The notes under the pieces were generated by a model that was given only the letters and a program-made list of their open reading frames with translations, did not search any database and had not been told where the DNA came from. DNA of 64,000 bases from an uncultured Eubacteriales bacterium. GTDB taxonomy: Bacteria > Bacillota > Clostridia > Lachnospirales > Lachnospiraceae. The DNA lies in NCBI GenBank assembly GCA_900539455.1, contig UQCD01000003.1, forward strand, positions 41,485 to 105,484, read 5' to 3'. Both the position numbers and the translations under genes were made by a program. Shown one piece after another: positions 62,004 through 64,000 of the stretch. Positions within the stretch are counted from its first letter, which is position 1, and every line of letters starts with the position of its first letter.

Positions 62004-62036
62004 AAATGAAAACATCATATATAGATGTTTTCATTT
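62004..62036 (+). terminator. Hairpin downstream of the amt-PII gene (probable terminator)
   Basis: AAATGAAAACATC / GATGTTTTCATTT form a perfect 13-bp inverted repeat with a 7-nt AT loop, 30 nt after the stop codon. Confidence 0.5.
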
Positions 62037-62155
62037 AGAGCATTAAATTTTTGTTCTGATTCAATCAAACCTTTAACTAATGATTTCAAAAGTATTACAA
62101 TATTCATGGGAAAGTTCCTCTTAAACATTGGATTTTTTGTCGAAACCATTATAAC

Positions 62156-62908
62156 TTAAAAGAGGTTCTTTCTCATTTTTAATAATATCTTTTTTTCCAT
62201 TCTGCTGACCTGCACCTGACTTATTCCTAGAACCTTTGCCACCTCTACCTGGGTCTTGTCCTTATAATATCGTAAAATTATTAACTCCTTTTCCCGTGGA
62301 TCCAGCTTTTCTATTATTTCCTTAAGCACCATATGATTAATTAAATTGTCCTTTTCTGTATCCTCTGAAATATTAATATTTTCAATACTGTTGCTTATTC
62401 CGTCCTTTGAAATTTTATCTACCAGATATATCTCATTGCCGTCATTTTGATAAATGGTTTTGTGTATTGATTCAACCTCAATATTAGCCTCCATAGTCAT
62501 AATTATTTCTTCACTACTCATCTCCAGCTTTTCAGCAATTTCTTCAATAGTCGGCTCTCTGTTTAATTTTATACTTAGCTCTCCTACTGCCTTGCTTATT
62601 TTATAATTATTTTCCTTAAGACTTCTGCTTACCTTAATAATACCATCATCTCTTAAAAATCTTTTTATTTCACCTGTTATCATAGGTACAGCATAGGTGG
62701 AAAACTGCACATTAAAGGTTATATCAAATTTGTCTATTGCCTTTAATATACCAATACAGCCAATTTGAAACAAGTCCTCCATTTCGTATCCTCGTCCGGA
62801 AAATCTTTTAACAATACTCCATATAAGCCCCACATTTTCATTTACCAGTAAATCCCTAGCTTCCTTATCTCCATTATGTGCCAGTTTTATCATTTCCAGA
62901 TTGTCCAC
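62156..62908 (-). CDS. sigF: Sporulation sigma factor SigF
   Basis: Region 2 (DLFQIGCIGILKAIDKFD) and region 4 HTH (QVEVAKVLGISQVQVSRMEK). A GTG start with an AAGGGG RBS is preferred (250 aa); the track ORF starts at a TTG. Confidence 0.85.
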   Translation of the reverse strand: MDNLEMIKLAHNGDKEARDLLVNENVGLIWSIVKRFSGRGYEMEDLFQIGCIGILKAIDKFDITFNVQFSTYAVPMITGEIKRFLRDDGIIKVSRSLKENNYKISKAVGELSIKLNREPTIEEIAEKLEMSSEEIIMTMEANIEVESIHKTIYQNDGNEIYLVDKISKDGISNSIENINISEDTEKDNLINHMVLKEIIEKLDPREKELIILRYYKDKTQVEVAKVLGISQVQVSRMEKKILLKMRKNLF

Positions 62909-62941
62909 TATATCACCCCTTATCAATTACCTCTTAATGCT

Positions 62942-63394
62942 CTATATTTCCTGCTTGCCTATAGTTTTCATCATTTTAACTATAGTTCCATCATTTACCT
63001 TTGAAATTACCTCTATTTCATCCATAAATACTTCCATAAATACAAAGCCCATACCTGACCTTTCCTCATCTGGCTTTGTTGTAAAAAGCGGCTTTCTTGC
63101 CTCATTGACATTTTCTATTCCACAACCCTTATCTAATACTTCTATGTATAGCTGTCTGTTTAATGCCGCCAGTTTCATAACTACATTTCCCTTATTATGC
63201 TCATAGCCATGAACTATTGCGTTAGTCACTGCTTCAGATACTGCTGTTTTTATATCATTAATTTCCTCAATGGTAGGGTCTAATCTGGTAGCAAAGGTTG
63301 CAGCTATTACTCTGGCCAGTCTTTCATTTTCTGATATACTATAAAAGCTAACCTCCATTTTGTTATCCACCTTTAATTCTTCAATACTAATCAT
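62942..63394 (-). CDS. spoIIAB: Anti-sigma F factor / serine kinase SpoIIAB
   Basis: GHKL kinase motifs (EAVTNAIVHGY; DKGCGI; GMGF). The start at MISIEELK is preceded by AAGGAAG and lies 4 nt after the spoIIAA stop. Confidence 0.85.
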   Translation of the reverse strand: MISIEELKVDNKMEVSFYSISENERLARVIAATFATRLDPTIEEINDIKTAVSEAVTNAIVHGYEHNKGNVVMKLAALNRQLYIEVLDKGCGIENVNEARKPLFTTKPDEERSGMGFVFMEVFMDEIEVISKVNDGTIVKMMKTIGKQEI

Positions 63395-63398
63395 TCTT

Positions 63399-63698
63399 CT
63401 ACTTCCTTTCAATTATTTTATAGAGCCCTGAAATCAAAAAAATTCTTTCTATATTTTTATTAATATTTGTTACATAAACATTTCCACCTATTGCCTCTAA
63501 CAGCTTATATCTTCCCATAATAATACCAATTCCGGAGCTATCCATAAAATTAGTATTTGTAAAATCAAAGCCTATAGTTTTAACCCTCCCCTTCATTACC
63601 TCTGAATCTATTTTTTCCTTTGTAATGTTTGCATTATGGTGGTCCAGCTCACTATCAAGAAAAACTACCATTTCTTCGTTTTCAATCTTATATTTCAT
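63399..63698 (-). CDS. spoIIAA: Anti-sigma F factor antagonist SpoIIAA (STAS domain)
   Basis: 99-aa STAS fold with the phosphorylatable Ser in FMDSSGIG. Confidence 0.85.
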   Translation of the reverse strand: MKYKIENEEMVVFLDSELDHHNANITKEKIDSEVMKGRVKTIGFDFTNTNFMDSSGIGIIMGRYKLLEAIGGNVYVTNINKNIERIFLISGLYKIIERK

Positions 63699-63736
63699 AT
63701 ATACTCCTTTCTATATATTTACTAAATTTGTAAAAT

Positions 63737-63767
63737 AAAAGAGAGCGCCCAACGCTCTCTTTTGTAC
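63737..63767 (-). terminator. Rho-independent terminator of the TPR gene (bidirectional shape)
   Basis: AAAAGAGAGCG CCCAA CGCTCTCTTTT is a perfect 11-bp stem flanked by A/T runs. It lies between the TPR stop and the spoIIAA start. Confidence 0.75.
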
Positions 63768-64000
63768 TTAATTTAAATATCCCTTTGAATATTCTGCAAA
63801 CTCAGAATTTGGTGCAATTTTAATAACCTTATTGAAATATGACTTTGACTCCTCCGTATTTCCATTATTTTTCTTATATATTGACTTTCCAAGCTTATAT
63901 AAATATGATGGTTCTTTGTCATTGTAAGCTACGCAATGCTTATAGGCTTCAATAGCATCATCCCATTCGTTGTTGTTGGAATACTGTGCTCCCAGATTAT
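63768..64000 (-). CDS. Tetratricopeptide-repeat protein, C-terminal part (the gene begins beyond the window end)
   Basis: Minus-strand translation gives ...QYSNNNEWDDAIEAYKHCVAYNDKEPSYLYKLGKSIYKKNNGNTEESKSYFNKVIKIAPNSEFAEYSKGYLN*, whose spacing is typical of TPR repeats. The stop is at 63768-63770. Confidence 0.6.
   Translation of the reverse strand, partial: NLGAQYSNNNEWDDAIEAYKHCVAYNDKEPSYLYKLGKSIYKKNNGNTEESKSYFNKVIKIAPNSEFAEYSKGYLN

Overview
Low-GC Firmicutes (Clostridia-type) chromosomal segment from a spore-former; the spoIIAA-spoIIAB-sigF operon sits at the 3' end. It is dense in housekeeping genes, mostly on the minus strand.

Genes identified:
- Protein quality control and translation: clpB (5' part), tig-clpP-clpX-engB, prmC-prfA, rpmE, eno, rho, hisC, a SufC/SufBD pair.
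- Nucleotide metabolism and small molecules: xpt-pbuX, lrgAB, malic enzyme.
- One tRNA-Leu(UAG) with a clear terminator.

No rRNA, CRISPR array, IS element, integrase or phage genes are visible, and composition looks uniform, so nothing argues for a horizontally acquired island.

The less ordinary content, most interesting first:
- An 11-gene minus-strand cluster (~46.5-59.6 kb) headed by a PucR-family regulator. It carries a class-III aminotransferase, a 5-gene Opp/Dpp-type peptide ABC importer, a YtcJ-like amidohydrolase, an M20 carbamoylase/allantoate-amidohydrolase-like hydrolase, a PNPOx-like flavoprotein and an Fe-ADH. This is a candidate uncharacterised uptake and catabolic pathway.
- A ~150-nt highly structured imperfect palindrome, with an extra direct-repeat copy of its arm, in the divergent pucR/amt intergenic region.
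- A fused ammonium-transporter-PII (Amt-GlnK) gene.
- Rho carrying a ~125-aa low-complexity N-terminal insertion, with a similar CCTAAC/GTTAGGG hairpin on both sides of the gene.
- A LytTR two-component pair directly upstream of a PF04392-type ABC importer.
- A repeat-containing surface lipoprotein.
- An 83-aa ORF resembling only the C-terminal piece of FakA/YloV.
- An xpt-pbuX operon with no recognisable purine riboswitch.

All family assignments are from motif and architecture recognition by eye; no database search was run.
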